From Nitrospirales bacterium (GTDB lineage Bacteria > Nitrospirota > Nitrospiria > Nitrospirales > UBA8639), in NCBI GenBank assembly GCA_963422365.1, contig OY729426.1, forward strand, positions 1,760,001 to 1,824,000: a DNA stretch of 64,000 nucleotides, in the 5' to 3' direction. A program made the position numbers and the translations under genes. The notes beneath the pieces were generated by a model. The model saw nothing but the letters and a program-made list of their open reading frames with translations. It searched no databases and was not told the DNA's origin. Below are positions 1 to 9,000 of this stretch, one piece after another; position 1 is the first letter of the stretch, and the number at the start of each line of letters is the position of its first letter.

Positions 1-43
1 GCGGGCGGGGCGCTGTTCATTTGGCCACTGGACGGGATTGGCG

Positions 44-129
44 CACACCATTGAACAGGAAGCCGAAATCGACCGACTGGTGTATCAGCTATACAATCTG
101 ACCAAGAAATCGAAGTGGTAGAGGCATAG
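44..129 (+). repeat. Orphan type IIG RM C-terminal tail, copy 1 (frameshifted)
   Basis: Reads HTIEQEAEIDRLVYQLYNLT, then after a frameshift EIEVVEA*. 56..95 is identical to 3500..3539. Confidence 0.8.
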
Positions 130-132
130 CTA

Positions 133-675
133 ATGAAATCCCGGTGCAGAGAATTGACTGACAAGGCGATAGCCGCAACTGTGGCTGCTATCGAGATTTA
201 CAACAAGCCGGACTTTCCCTATCGGGCGGAAACCTTTTGTATTCTGGCCATCAATGGCTGGGAACTGCTTTTGAAAGCGAAATGGTTGCATGAGAATAAC
301 AACAAGATTCGGTCTCTCTATGTGAGGGAACCCTACCAGAAGAAAGATGGGACGCCGAGCAAGCGATTAAAAATCAAGCGCACTCGCTCAGGCAATGCAT
401 TCACGCACGGTATAGATTATCTTGCCAGGAAGCTTGTCGGCCAGAAGCATCTAGATCAAACAGTACTAAAAAATATAGAGGTATTGCTTGAATTGCGAAA
501 TTCTTCCGTCCATTTTTACCATCAATCCGACACAGCACTGGCAACCCAACTTCAGGAATTAGGCGCTGCCAGTCTCAAAAACTTCGTGCTAGCCATGAAA
601 GACTGGTTTGCCCGCGATTTAAGTGAATTCAATTTTTACCTGATGCCGCTATCGTTCGTATGTCTGCCTCAAGGA
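133..675 (+). pseudogene. DUF3644-domain protein, 3'-truncated and fused to antisense BtpA sequence
   Basis: AAIEIYNKPDFPYRAETFCILAINGWELLLKA ... LLELRNSSVHF ... FYLMPLSF is typical of DUF3644. After ~675 the ORF is the antisense of a BtpA gene. Confidence 0.75.
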
Positions 676-1014
676 ACGGCCGGCGGCAACGGCAACAGCC
701 AGGGCGGAAGGGGCATCGCTGCGCAGCATATTGACCCCTACCGGCAACGACGTTGTCCGGCATACCCGGTCAACCGCCCGGGTCATCGCCGCCACTGTTT
801 CCGGCTCCACTCGACCAATGCGGAAGGGCGCATCGCCGAAGTTTTCCACGATGATGCCGTTGGCCCCACCCCGTTCCATGGTCAGAGCTTCCCGTTCCGC
901 CTGCTCCAGCACAGCGTCCATATCGCCGCCCCAGCGGGGCGCGCCGGGCAGCGGTGGCAGGTGAATTACGCCGATGAAGACTTTGCCTTTGCCGAATAGT
1001 AGGGTCATACTCAC
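676..1014 (-). pseudogene. BtpA/SgcQ family protein, N-terminal fragment
   Basis: IGVIHLPPLPGAP...GIIVENFGDAPF...PVGVNMLRSD motifs; homology stops after AVAVAAG. Confidence 0.8.
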
Positions 1015-1159
1015 CCCTTCTGCTAATTCCTTCCTCTCCGCAACTTCTGCTTATCGTTCCAGCGCCGAAGGGAACGCCGACAGGGACAACTAGGGAGCGA
1101 CTACGAGCAGGCCGGACAAGGCGGTTTACTGATGTTGCCGGTTAAAATTTGGACAGCGT

Positions 1160-1269
1160 ATTGCGCTCCGCCAAGAGCCGGACATACGACTTAACCTTTG
1201 CCATGGTTTTCGTGTAGCTGACCGCGTTTGCGATTGCGCTCCGCCAAGAGCCGGATATACGACTTAACC
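1160..1269. repeat. 37-bp direct repeat (1160..1196, 1233..1269; 1 mismatch) around a 36-bp unique insert
   Basis: attgcgctccgccaagagccgga[c/t]atacgacttaacc occurs twice. Confidence 0.9.
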
Positions 1270-2063
1270 ACTTGATCCAGATCGCTGGATTCTCCGTATT
1301 TAGCCGGGACTACATGGTGAACGCGCCCGTCCGTGCGGAACTGCTCCGCCTTTTCCTTGGCCCCCTTGGTATTCGGCGGGAAGACTGCTATAGACCGTCC
1401 ACCCTGCTCTTTCACCAGCCGGAAACAAGGGATATCGGTGGAACCGTCGCCGATATAGACCAAGTTCTCGAAAGGTATTGGGCGCCGGTGCGGTTCAATG
1501 AATTTGTTTATCTCGCGGTCACTGCTCAGGTCATAAGCCCCCTTGTTGATACGGAAGAGGTACTGGGTCTTAGTGGTATAGTTGACCGCTTGGGAAGCCC
1601 AAACTGCGACGCCATTTTCGTCGAACAGAAACCTGGAGGCGTATATCTTCTCAAAATTGGATGCGATGGAGCAGCCTTCGATAATTTCAGCATTGCCGGA
1701 AGAAATGATGTAATGCTTGATAGCGATGCCCTCTTGCTTTCCGTATTCATTAATCCGGTTAAACCAGCCGGTAACGCCCTCAAAACCGGTAACGCCCTCA
1801 AAAAACTCAATGTCTTTCCCGCGGGTTTGGAAGTCATCTAATCGCACTGGCATGCGAGCCGCCCGAGCTTTTTCCAGCATAAGATACATATAAATCAGGA
1901 CGCTATCGGCTTGCTTGTCCTTGGCGATGCTGTTAACCTCCGCCCAGAAATCTTTGGGTTTCATTCTGATGTCCGGGATAAATTGACGTTCCTGGACATT
2001 GCCGGGAGCCAGGGTGCCATCAAAATCATAGACGATAGCCATTGGTATATATCGGCTTGACAT
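1191..2063 (-). CDS. HAD-superfamily hydrolase
   Basis: Motif I YDFDGT, motif II IISSG, motif IV YIGDGSTD; 290-aa ORF. Confidence 0.85.
   Translation of the reverse strand: MSSRYIPMAIVYDFDGTLAPGNVQERQFIPDIRMKPKDFWAEVNSIAKDKQADSVLIYMYLMLEKARAARMPVRLDDFQTRGKDIEFFEGVTGFEGVTGWFNRINEYGKQEGIAIKHYIISSGNAEIIEGCSIASNFEKIYASRFLFDENGVAVWASQAVNYTTKTQYLFRINKGAYDLSSDREINKFIEPHRRPIPFENLVYIGDGSTDIPCFRLVKEQGGRSIAVFPPNTKGAKEKAEQFRTDGRVHHVVPAKYGESSDLDQVVKSYIRLLAERNRKRGQLHENHGKG
1768..1803. repeat. 18-bp tandem duplication inside the HAD gene (FEGVTG x2)
   Basis: ccggtaacgccctcaaaa repeated twice, in frame. Confidence 0.9.
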
Positions 2064-2068
2064 CGGCG

Positions 2069-2551
2069 TTAACTCCTGATACGGGGGTTCTGGCGGGCGC
2101 CCACGTTAGGACTCTCCGGATAATCCTCACGTAGGGCATAGCGTCCTTTCTGATACGGGCGTATGAAACGGCCGTCTCGGGTCATCCGGGAAACCAGGGT
2201 TGCCTCAGGCGTGGCCCCGCCTATAATGCCGCCTCGTCTCATTACTTCTACCGCCAAGTCTTTATAATACATCGGTTTCTTGTCTTGCTCCCGTAGAATT
2301 TCCGCAGCAAGGTCGCAGATGTTGCGGTTGCTGTCAGGATGAAAACTACGACCTTCTGGCATAGCGCCGTCGTCTGGGAGTTCAGCAGGAGATTCAGGAA
2401 GTCCCAACAATCCTCGCACGTGGCATAGTCGGGAAAAGCTGTCCGCCTTTTTGCGCTTCAATTTAACAATATCTTGGCGAAGCCCGGTCAGTTCTTGCTC
2501 CAGTTTTACCCGCTCTTCTTCGAGCAACTGAATTAGTTGGGAATTATCCAT
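2069..2551 (-). CDS. Coiled-coil + HARE-HTH (winged-helix) protein
   Basis: N-terminal heptad-rich helix; AAEILREQDKKPMYYKDL...GATPEATL...FIR..KGRYAL winged-helix pattern; GGAGG RBS upstream. Confidence 0.7.
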   Translation of the reverse strand: MDNSQLIQLLEEERVKLEQELTGLRQDIVKLKRKKADSFSRLCHVRGLLGLPESPAELPDDGAMPEGRSFHPDSNRNICDLAAEILREQDKKPMYYKDLAVEVMRRGGIIGGATPEATLVSRMTRDGRFIRPYQKGRYALREDYPESPNVGARQNPRIRS

Positions 2552-2859
2552 GCTACCTCCGGCATTAAGTAGATTTGTGGAACCGTATTAATACATTATA
2601 ATACGAAATTCTAAATTTCAATCGTATAATGATTTATATTTTGTATTATCAGCATATATTATACAATATAATATTGTTTATAATGGTAAAATTAGATAAC
2701 TTTTCTGACTAGCAACTGAGCCAGAGGTGTGGCTTGTAAAAGAGAGGCGGCGGGCTGATCTATATCAGCACTCCCTAATCGACAGCAGCGTAAGAAAACA
2801 GAGAACCGAAACCATAGATATGGTAGAAGATTGGCCGGCTGGTAATTCCCCGTCGCGTA

Positions 2860-3100
2860 GCAGCGTCGGGGATGATGTAAAGCATCATTGCATCTTCAGG
2901 GGCTATCGGGAGGGAACCTCCAGCCGCCAGGTAGCGGCTTTGCGTGAATACCAAGTAGCAGCTATACATGCCAGCATGTCCCAATATGTTGATTGGTTTA
3001 AAGAACACCATCATTGCAGTCGGGTTTGCCGGAGCTTTGCGCCGTTCAGAAATATGCAATTTGATTGTCGATGACGTTGAGTTTCTCGATTCCAGAGAGA
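2860..3100 (+). pseudogene. Tyrosine recombinase (Cre-like) fragment
   Basis: IIAVGFAGALRRSEICNLIVDDVEF is a box I motif; frameshifted and lacking both ends. Confidence 0.7.
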
Positions 3101-3191
3101 ATGATCGGGTTTATCACCGCATCCATGATTTGTGCGAAGTGCCTGCCCGAGTGCGTTTTCTGTCGTGTGAACCACCCAGCAGGCTCAAGCC

Positions 3192-3485
3192 ATCATAATC
3201 GGAAGCCAAACCGCTCATAGCAAATGGGTCAAATACGAGATAGAGCAAAGCATAGAAAAGCGGAATGGTTTAATCGGGATATATATCCACAATGTTAAAG
3301 ACAGGTATGGTTCTACATCCTGCAAAGGAGCGGATCCGATTGCCCTACCTCCTCCCAACTTTTTTCCGCTATTAACCCTAATCCGGCTTACCCCTGTTGT
3401 TCTTATTATGACTGGGGAGATGACAATGGTTATGACAACCTTGGCGACTGGATTGAAAAAGCCCGCACAGCAAGCCGGAAGATAG
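3192..3485 (+). pseudogene. TIR-domain (DUF1863/ThsB-like) protein, C-terminal remnant
   Basis: IIGSQTAHSKWVKYEIEQSIEKRNGLIGIYIHNVKD, then after frameshifts YYDWGDDNGYDNLGDWIEKA..QQAGR*. Confidence 0.75.
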
Positions 3486-3486
3486 G

Positions 3487-3583
3487 GACACCAGCGCATC
3501 AGGAAGCCGAAATCGACCGACTGGTGTATCAGCTATACAGGCTGACGGAGGAAGAGATTAAACTTGTGGAAGCGATGAATTGA
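3487..3583 (+). repeat. Orphan type IIG RM C-terminal tail, copy 2
   Basis: DTSA(+1)QEAEIDRLVYQLYRLTEEEIKLVEAMN*; 40-bp core identical to copy 1. Confidence 0.85.
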
Positions 3584-3584
3584 C

Positions 3585-3679
3585 TCAGGCAATGCCTTCA
3601 ATTACCTGAATTTTTTCTCGGTGAGATTGTACAGCGCATAGACGAGGCGGTCGATTTCCTTTTCCCGTTCGCTTGTATG
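3585..3679 (-). repeat. Orphan type IIG RM C-terminal tail, copy 3 (inverted, diverged)
   Basis: HTSEREKEIDRLVYALYNLTEK(fs)IQVIEGIA*; its stop lies 1 bp from the stop of copy 2. Confidence 0.8.
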
Positions 3680-3746
3680 TATATCGATGATGTCTGACTT
3701 TTCATCAGGCCATATTGGGGACCATCTCTGAAACATTGGGCCTGTC

Positions 3747-4490
3747 TTACATGAATTTCATGAACTTCTCTTTGGCCTCATCCATGAGTTCGGCGGAGAC
3801 CGTGGTTGCGCCACGCTCTTTGGCCAGCCGTTCAATCTCCTTGCGGGCCATGGGTTGAATAAAGTCCGGAATGTTGTCCAATCGCTGTTCGGCTTCGGGC
3901 GACCAAGTCATGCCGTTCGATGCATTCTTCGAATCATCCATGACTTGCAGTGTGACGGTGGCATAGCCGTTCTTCCGCGCATATGATTCCACGCTACCCT
4001 TGACCATCGGCTGCACAAACGACGGCAAGTTGCCTAACCGTTCCTGCGCATCAGCGGTCCATTGAAGATCGGATGGTTGCGTGCCGATGGAAGCTTCGCC
4101 GGGGGTTAATCCCATTTGCGCGACCATCGCGGAAAAAGGACAACCGCCGGACTCTCCTTCCTTCGCAGGGGTACCGGCTGCGGGGCTCGTGCCCTGTCCC
4201 GCGTGAATTTTTTCGTTCAGATAGGCGGCCATGGACCCTGACGCTGCCGGCGCACTGACTTCTTCTTTTAATGTACCACGAGTCATTTCCAAGGGAGATG
4301 CGGCCTCTGTCCGCCCACCAAGCTGGACACCCAGGGAACTGACCATTTGCGTTTCGCCCGGATTCGTCACCATGGAAAACTTCGCACCACAGGAGGGGCA
4401 GGCGAAAAAAACTCCGAGGGACCCTTCGGCGGGTTTCTCGACCTTTTCAAAACTCATATAGGTTTCACAGGTTAAGCAGATAAATTTCAT
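3747..4490 (-). CDS. Zinc-ribbon + tandem PCP_red domain protein
   Basis: CLTC...CPSC at the N-terminus; two WT/SxxAxxRLxxxPxFV/IQPM repeats. Confidence 0.8.
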   Translation of the reverse strand: MKFICLTCETYMSFEKVEKPAEGSLGVFFACPSCGAKFSMVTNPGETQMVSSLGVQLGGRTEAASPLEMTRGTLKEEVSAPAASGSMAAYLNEKIHAGQGTSPAAGTPAKEGESGGCPFSAMVAQMGLTPGEASIGTQPSDLQWTADAQERLGNLPSFVQPMVKGSVESYARKNGYATVTLQVMDDSKNASNGMTWSPEAEQRLDNIPDFIQPMARKEIERLAKERGATTVSAELMDEAKEKFMKFM

Positions 4491-4544
4491 AACAGCCTCA
4501 CTCGGGAGAGTTGAAAGTAAAAAAGGGGTGTGCCCTCTTGTTGC

Positions 4545-5483
4545 TTATAGTTTTTCGGCCAGCACTTTTTTGTAATCCAACATTGATTGAAGACGCACGA
4601 CAAGATCCGTATAGCGCTGGCTCGTCGGATAGTGCTCATCCAACAACGGTGTTCCTTTATCAAACGTCTTGGCAAAATTCCGGTCAAATGGAATGCGGCC
4701 GAGCAACGGCAGATTGAGGGCTTCACACAGGCCTGCGGTATTGCCTTCGAACAGCTCATTCTCGGCGCCACAAGACGGGCACCGGTATTGACTCATGTTT
4801 TCAACGACTCCCAACACGGTGATCCCCAACTCCGTCGCATACCCAATCGACTTCTGCACAACCGTTGATGCCACTTCCGAAGGGGTCGTGACCACAACCG
4901 CGCCGGCAAGATCCGGAAGAAAGCTGGCGAGGACCGGAGGTTTATCCGCAGCGGCTCCCGGGGGAAGATCGGCCAGCAAATAATCCAAGTCTCCCCAGAG
5001 AATATCGGCGAGGAACTCCCGAATCACATTCATTTCCATGAGCCCCAACCAGACGGGACTCAAATCCATCGGACCTTTCCACCGTACCGGAGACGTGTCA
5101 TTGAGCAAGAAATCCATGGAGGCCACTTTGATGCCATAGGGTCCTTCCGGCGGTCGCGCCCCTTCCGGCGTGACCTCAAGCTCCTTGCCAAGCATCCCCA
5201 TCATTCGGGGAATGCAGGGCCCGTTGAGATCCACGTCGATGATCCCAACGTTGTGGCCTTGTCGTCCCAATGCCAAGGCTAAATTGACCGTGGTCATGCT
5301 CTTCCCGACTCCGCCTTTGCCGCTCATCACCACGATCTTGTGCGTGATCCCCGACATGCGGTCATGGACCTGCCTGGTCTGCTGGGTGATTTGCTGCACG
5401 ACCTTGGCGTCGTCGGTGTATTGCAATTTCCTGAGAATGCTTTTCAGGTCTTTTTCCATAGCAGGTTCGTCTCCCATTCGCAC
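4545..5483 (-). CDS. Mrp/NBP35 (ApbC) Fe-S cluster carrier ATPase
   Basis: SGKGGVGKS P-loop, DLPPG, ENMS..CPSC. Confidence 0.9.
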   Translation of the reverse strand: MRMGDEPAMEKDLKSILRKLQYTDDAKVVQQITQQTRQVHDRMSGITHKIVVMSGKGGVGKSMTTVNLALALGRQGHNVGIIDVDLNGPCIPRMMGMLGKELEVTPEGARPPEGPYGIKVASMDFLLNDTSPVRWKGPMDLSPVWLGLMEMNVIREFLADILWGDLDYLLADLPPGAAADKPPVLASFLPDLAGAVVVTTPSEVASTVVQKSIGYATELGITVLGVVENMSQYRCPSCGAENELFEGNTAGLCEALNLPLLGRIPFDRNFAKTFDKGTPLLDEHYPTSQRYTDLVVRLQSMLDYKKVLAEKL

Positions 5484-5664
5484 ACATCTGGAAATGTTGC
5501 AAACAAAGACGGTCTTTCCTGGACAAAGAAGAGAAGAAAACCCGCGTTACCCTAAGCCTACACGGAACGAGTCTAGTCTATTCGCAAGTATCCGGATAAC
5601 GGGATGGGGGTTTCCATGTTTCCATCATCGAATCCCATCGAATACACCAAATTCTCGAATGCTC

Positions 5665-6120
5665 TTAGTCACTACCATAGATTGACCAACCACTGCCGTA
5701 AGGGTTGTTGGGGCTGTCGGACCGATATGGATTACCAGCGCCATAGGGATTGTTGATACTGTCCGACGAGTATGGACTTCCGTAACGACCATAGGGATTC
5801 GAGATCGAATCTGGGTCATACGGGTTATCGCTGAACGTACCCCGATAATTTCCATCCCGGTCGTAGAGCCTTGGCGCGTCCGTTGCGTATGGATTTGTTG
5901 CACTTTGGCTCGAATACGGGCTTCCATAACGGCCATAAGGATTTGTTACGCTGTTGGAATTATACGGGTTACCGGTGCCATACGGATTGGCTATGCTGTT
6001 GGGATCGTAGAGATTGGTACTTAAATTACCCAGATACTCGTCTGCCAGTGCGCCAGTGCCGAATGCCAACAACGCAATGGTCAGGAGTGCCGTGAATATT
6101 TTGAATTTCATGACACACAT
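5665..6120 (-). CDS. Secreted protein with NPYG repeats (hypothetical)
   Basis: Signal peptide ending ALA; repeated DxxSIxNPYG/YGSPYS units. Confidence 0.75.
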   Translation of the reverse strand: MCVMKFKIFTALLTIALLAFGTGALADEYLGNLSTNLYDPNSIANPYGTGNPYNSNSVTNPYGRYGSPYSSQSATNPYATDAPRLYDRDGNYRGTFSDNPYDPDSISNPYGRYGSPYSSDSINNPYGAGNPYRSDSPNNPYGSGWSIYGSD

Positions 6121-6399
6121 TTCCCAGTCTGCATGTGAAAAGATTGGCGTACGTCATTCTCAGAGGTAAAATTAGGTATCACTCTCTTTTTCCTTCATTG
6201 CAACATTTCCTTCGCTTCTTAAAATGCCCAGATTCTCCTCTTCTTGCCCCTTGTCTCTGTCTCAATTGTCCCGAGACATCCTCACGTCCTATAGGATGCC
6301 AACTCTTTCCCTCATTTTAATTTTTACAATTCTACTCCGTTGAAGTCTTTTGGGCAACTCACTACGGAGTCGGTGAATCAAAGCCACCGGGGTTCAACG

Positions 6400-6780
6400 T
6401 TCTCTTGCCTAGAGGGCCTATCATCGACTGAGAGACGCCTTCAGAAGTGTATCAACATCGGCGAGACCCAATTCCAGGAGCAACGTTCCCAACGGCTTAA
6501 CCCGTTCAAAGTAGCCCGGATATTCTTCGCTTCATCCCGGAAGTCTAGGACAAGGCAACGGATGGCTTTTCTTTTGTCCAATCTTCTGTTCGAAGAAGAA
6601 GTAATCCAAGCAAACAGGGCAATGCTTCCATTCTCGGGATTTCGATTTCCGTTTCTCCACAATCAGGACACTTGTACAGAGGAACGTTCACCAACGTGAC
6701 GTGTTTTAATCCTGATTCTTCATAACGATCTGTCCCTGTGGTTCGGTTCAGGTCATAACCACGGAGGTGCATTTCATAGC
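6400..6780 (-). pseudogene. YgiT/MqsA-type zinc-finger HTH antitoxin remnant
   Basis: YEESGLKHVTLVNVPLYKCPDCGETEIEIPRMEAL followed by a frameshifted SRWE HTH-like piece. Confidence 0.55.
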
Positions 6781-7236
6781 ATCCCCCCACCTTTTTTCTC
6801 ATTCTATGCTGAGAGGTTGTAAAAATAAGAAGCATTAATCCGTTAAAACCATGATGAGCCGAACGAGTTCTGCGTCGAGGATAACAAAAACCACTTTTAA
6901 CTCGTCCGACTCGATCGCTGCAGGTCCGCTGCTGGATTGAGTTGCAAGATTTGGGAATCTTAAAGAATTGCCAGGTTGAGGAGGAAGACATGACGCAACA
7001 ATTGAAGGAATAGCTGAATGATTCTCTTAAAGCGTCTAAAGAGTGCTTAGAAACCTGGTATGACAGTGTTCATACACGAAAGACCATCTGTAGCCGCATG
7101 AAAATAATTGTGGATCCGGACGAAAGAATTGCGAGGGGTCTAGAAATTTCTCTTGGGTTTGGAGGGGCAATCGGTGATGGGGAATGGGCGGGGCAGAGGG
7201 GCTGCCATGGGGGTGCAGGGGCGGGGCAGGAGGGGG

Positions 7237-7858
7237 TGAGGTGAGGTCGCCGATGCGGACGCGCACCCGGCTGCGTCGTAGACGGAGAGGCGATTGTCGG
7301 AGATTTCGACGCGCTCGCCGGCGGTTGCGGAGCGGAAGGTGCCCAAGGTGGCGGAGAGGGCCGAGAGGGTCTGCACGTTCATGGCGTTGGCCGTGACGCT
7401 GCCCGGCATCAAGAGCTGGCCGTCGAGGCGCTTCTCGACCGGCCGCCACCCCTTGCCGTCCCTGACCCGAGTCTCAATCCAAGTGAGGGCGGGATTGTAG
7501 AGGGTGACCGTGTCGGAGATCACCGGCGCCTGCGCATTCGGCAGCGCGGCCATCGCCGCGTAGTAGACAAAGGCGGGTACTCAACCGGCGTGACCCACTG
7601 CCCGATCACCCGTCGCGTGGCGATCCAGCGCTGCTTGGCCTGCTTCCGGCTCTCGGGGAGCCTGGAGCGAGACCAGCCGGCCTGACTCTTGGCCGGGTCG
7701 CCGGGCCCGCTGCGGGCCGTGGTCTGGTAGATGAAGCGTATCCGGTTGTACGTGCCGAGGATCGACAGGTGCAGGTAGAAATCGCCACGCGGGCAAGAGA
7801 GGGGGGATGATCCCCCGGCGGCCGTGACGGCGACGAGAGCCAAGTGCAACAGGCCCAC
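7237..7858 (-). pseudogene. Phage tail tip/host-specificity protein C-terminal remnant
   Basis: GSVTANAMNVQTLSALSATLGTFRSATAGERVEISDNRLSVYDAAG(fs)RVRIGDL resembles gpJ-type C-termini; multiple frameshifts. Confidence 0.55.
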
Positions 7859-7869
7859 GTGGCATCGCG

Positions 7870-8586
7870 GCCTCCGGTGCGGATCTCATACCCAACCACC
7901 GTCGGCGAGGAGGAGCACGCCCATGCGTTCACTGTGGCGACGGCCCTGCAGGTGGACCTGCTCGCCGAGATCCGCAGCGCCCTCGACACCGCCCTGGCCG
8001 AAGGGCAGACGTTCGCGCAATTCCGTGAGGCCCTGGAGCCGCGCTTGCGGCAGCGGGGCTGGTGGGGCACCCAGCAGGTGACGGACCCGCAGACGGGCGA
8101 GGAGCGCGTGGCGCTCCTGGGGTCACCGTCCCGCCTTCGGCTCATCTTGAACGCTAACGTCAGCACCGCCTACGCCGCCTGGCAGTGGGCGCGCATCGAG
8201 CGCGTGCAGGCGGCGCGGTCTTATTTATCTGCGCTACGTCACCGCCGGGGACGCCCGCGTGCGCCCGGCCCACGCCGCTTGGCACGGGCTGATTCTGCCC
8301 GTGGACCCCTGGTGGACCACCCACTATCCGCCAAGGTGGCGCTGCTGTGTGGTGCCACTCTCCGCTGCCGAGCTGGCGCGGCTGGTCGGTCGGTCGCGTG
8401 CCCCGCGTCGTGACCGCGCCCTGGCGCAACACGGGCACCGGGCAGGTCTCCCGGGGTGCCCGTGGGGATTGATCCCGGCTGGGCGTATCACGTGGGCCGG
8501 GCTGCGGCCGGGCCTGACGTGCTCAAGACGCCGCCTCGCGCCTCGTCGAACAGCTGGAGGCGCAGCCGCCCGCAACCGCGCACGCG
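7870..8586 (+). pseudogene. Phage Mu F (head morphogenesis) protein, frameshifted
   Basis: HAHAFTVA...LEPRLRQRGWWG...LGSPSRLRLI; (fs) DARVRPAHAAWHGLILPVDPWWTTHYPP..RC. Confidence 0.85.
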
Positions 8587-9000
8587 GTGACGGCCCCGGG
8601 GCTGGCGAGCCCGGCGTTTGCCGCGTTCTTCCGGCAGCCGATCCCCGGAGCGCAGCCTGTCGCCCGGCTGCCCGAGTCAGTGGCCACCGCCCTCGGCGCG
8701 ACCTCGCCCACTATGCGCCTGTCGGTCTGGACCGCGGCCAAACAAGCCGAACGGCATTCCGACGTGACACCCAGGGATTATCAGCGCCTGCAGCACGTAC
8801 TCGACGTGGGGGCCGTGTTCCAGTCGGCCGAGCGCCCGGGAGTGCTCGGGGGCTTCGTGGCAGAGGATAGCTGCTGGTGGTGCGCCGTGATTAAACGCAC
8901 AACAGACGGGCGGGAAACGTATCCGGTGAGCTACACGCGGGCTCGGCGGCACCAGGTGGAGCAGGGACGGCGGATGTTGAAGCGGGTGGGCGGGGTATAG
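8587..9000 (+). CDS. C-terminal extension of MuF, PBECR-like (phage BECR RNase) domain
   Basis: Directly downstream of MuF; KQAERHSDVTPRDYQRLQHVLDVG...AVIKRTTDGRETYPVSY pattern. Confidence 0.5.
   Translation: MTAPGLASPAFAAFFRQPIPGAQPVARLPESVATALGATSPTMRLSVWTAAKQAERHSDVTPRDYQRLQHVLDVGAVFQSAERPGVLGGFVAEDSCWWCAVIKRTTDGRETYPVSYTRARRHQVEQGRRMLKRVGGV

Noticed and set aside
1160..1269. A true CRISPR array
   Set aside because: Only two repeats, the repeat is coding sequence of the HAD gene, and there are no cas genes or leader in the window. Kept only as a possible ectopic integration footprint.
7036..7052. CIRCE-like half site (gagtgctta)
   Set aside because: No matching left arm and not upstream of a chaperone gene.
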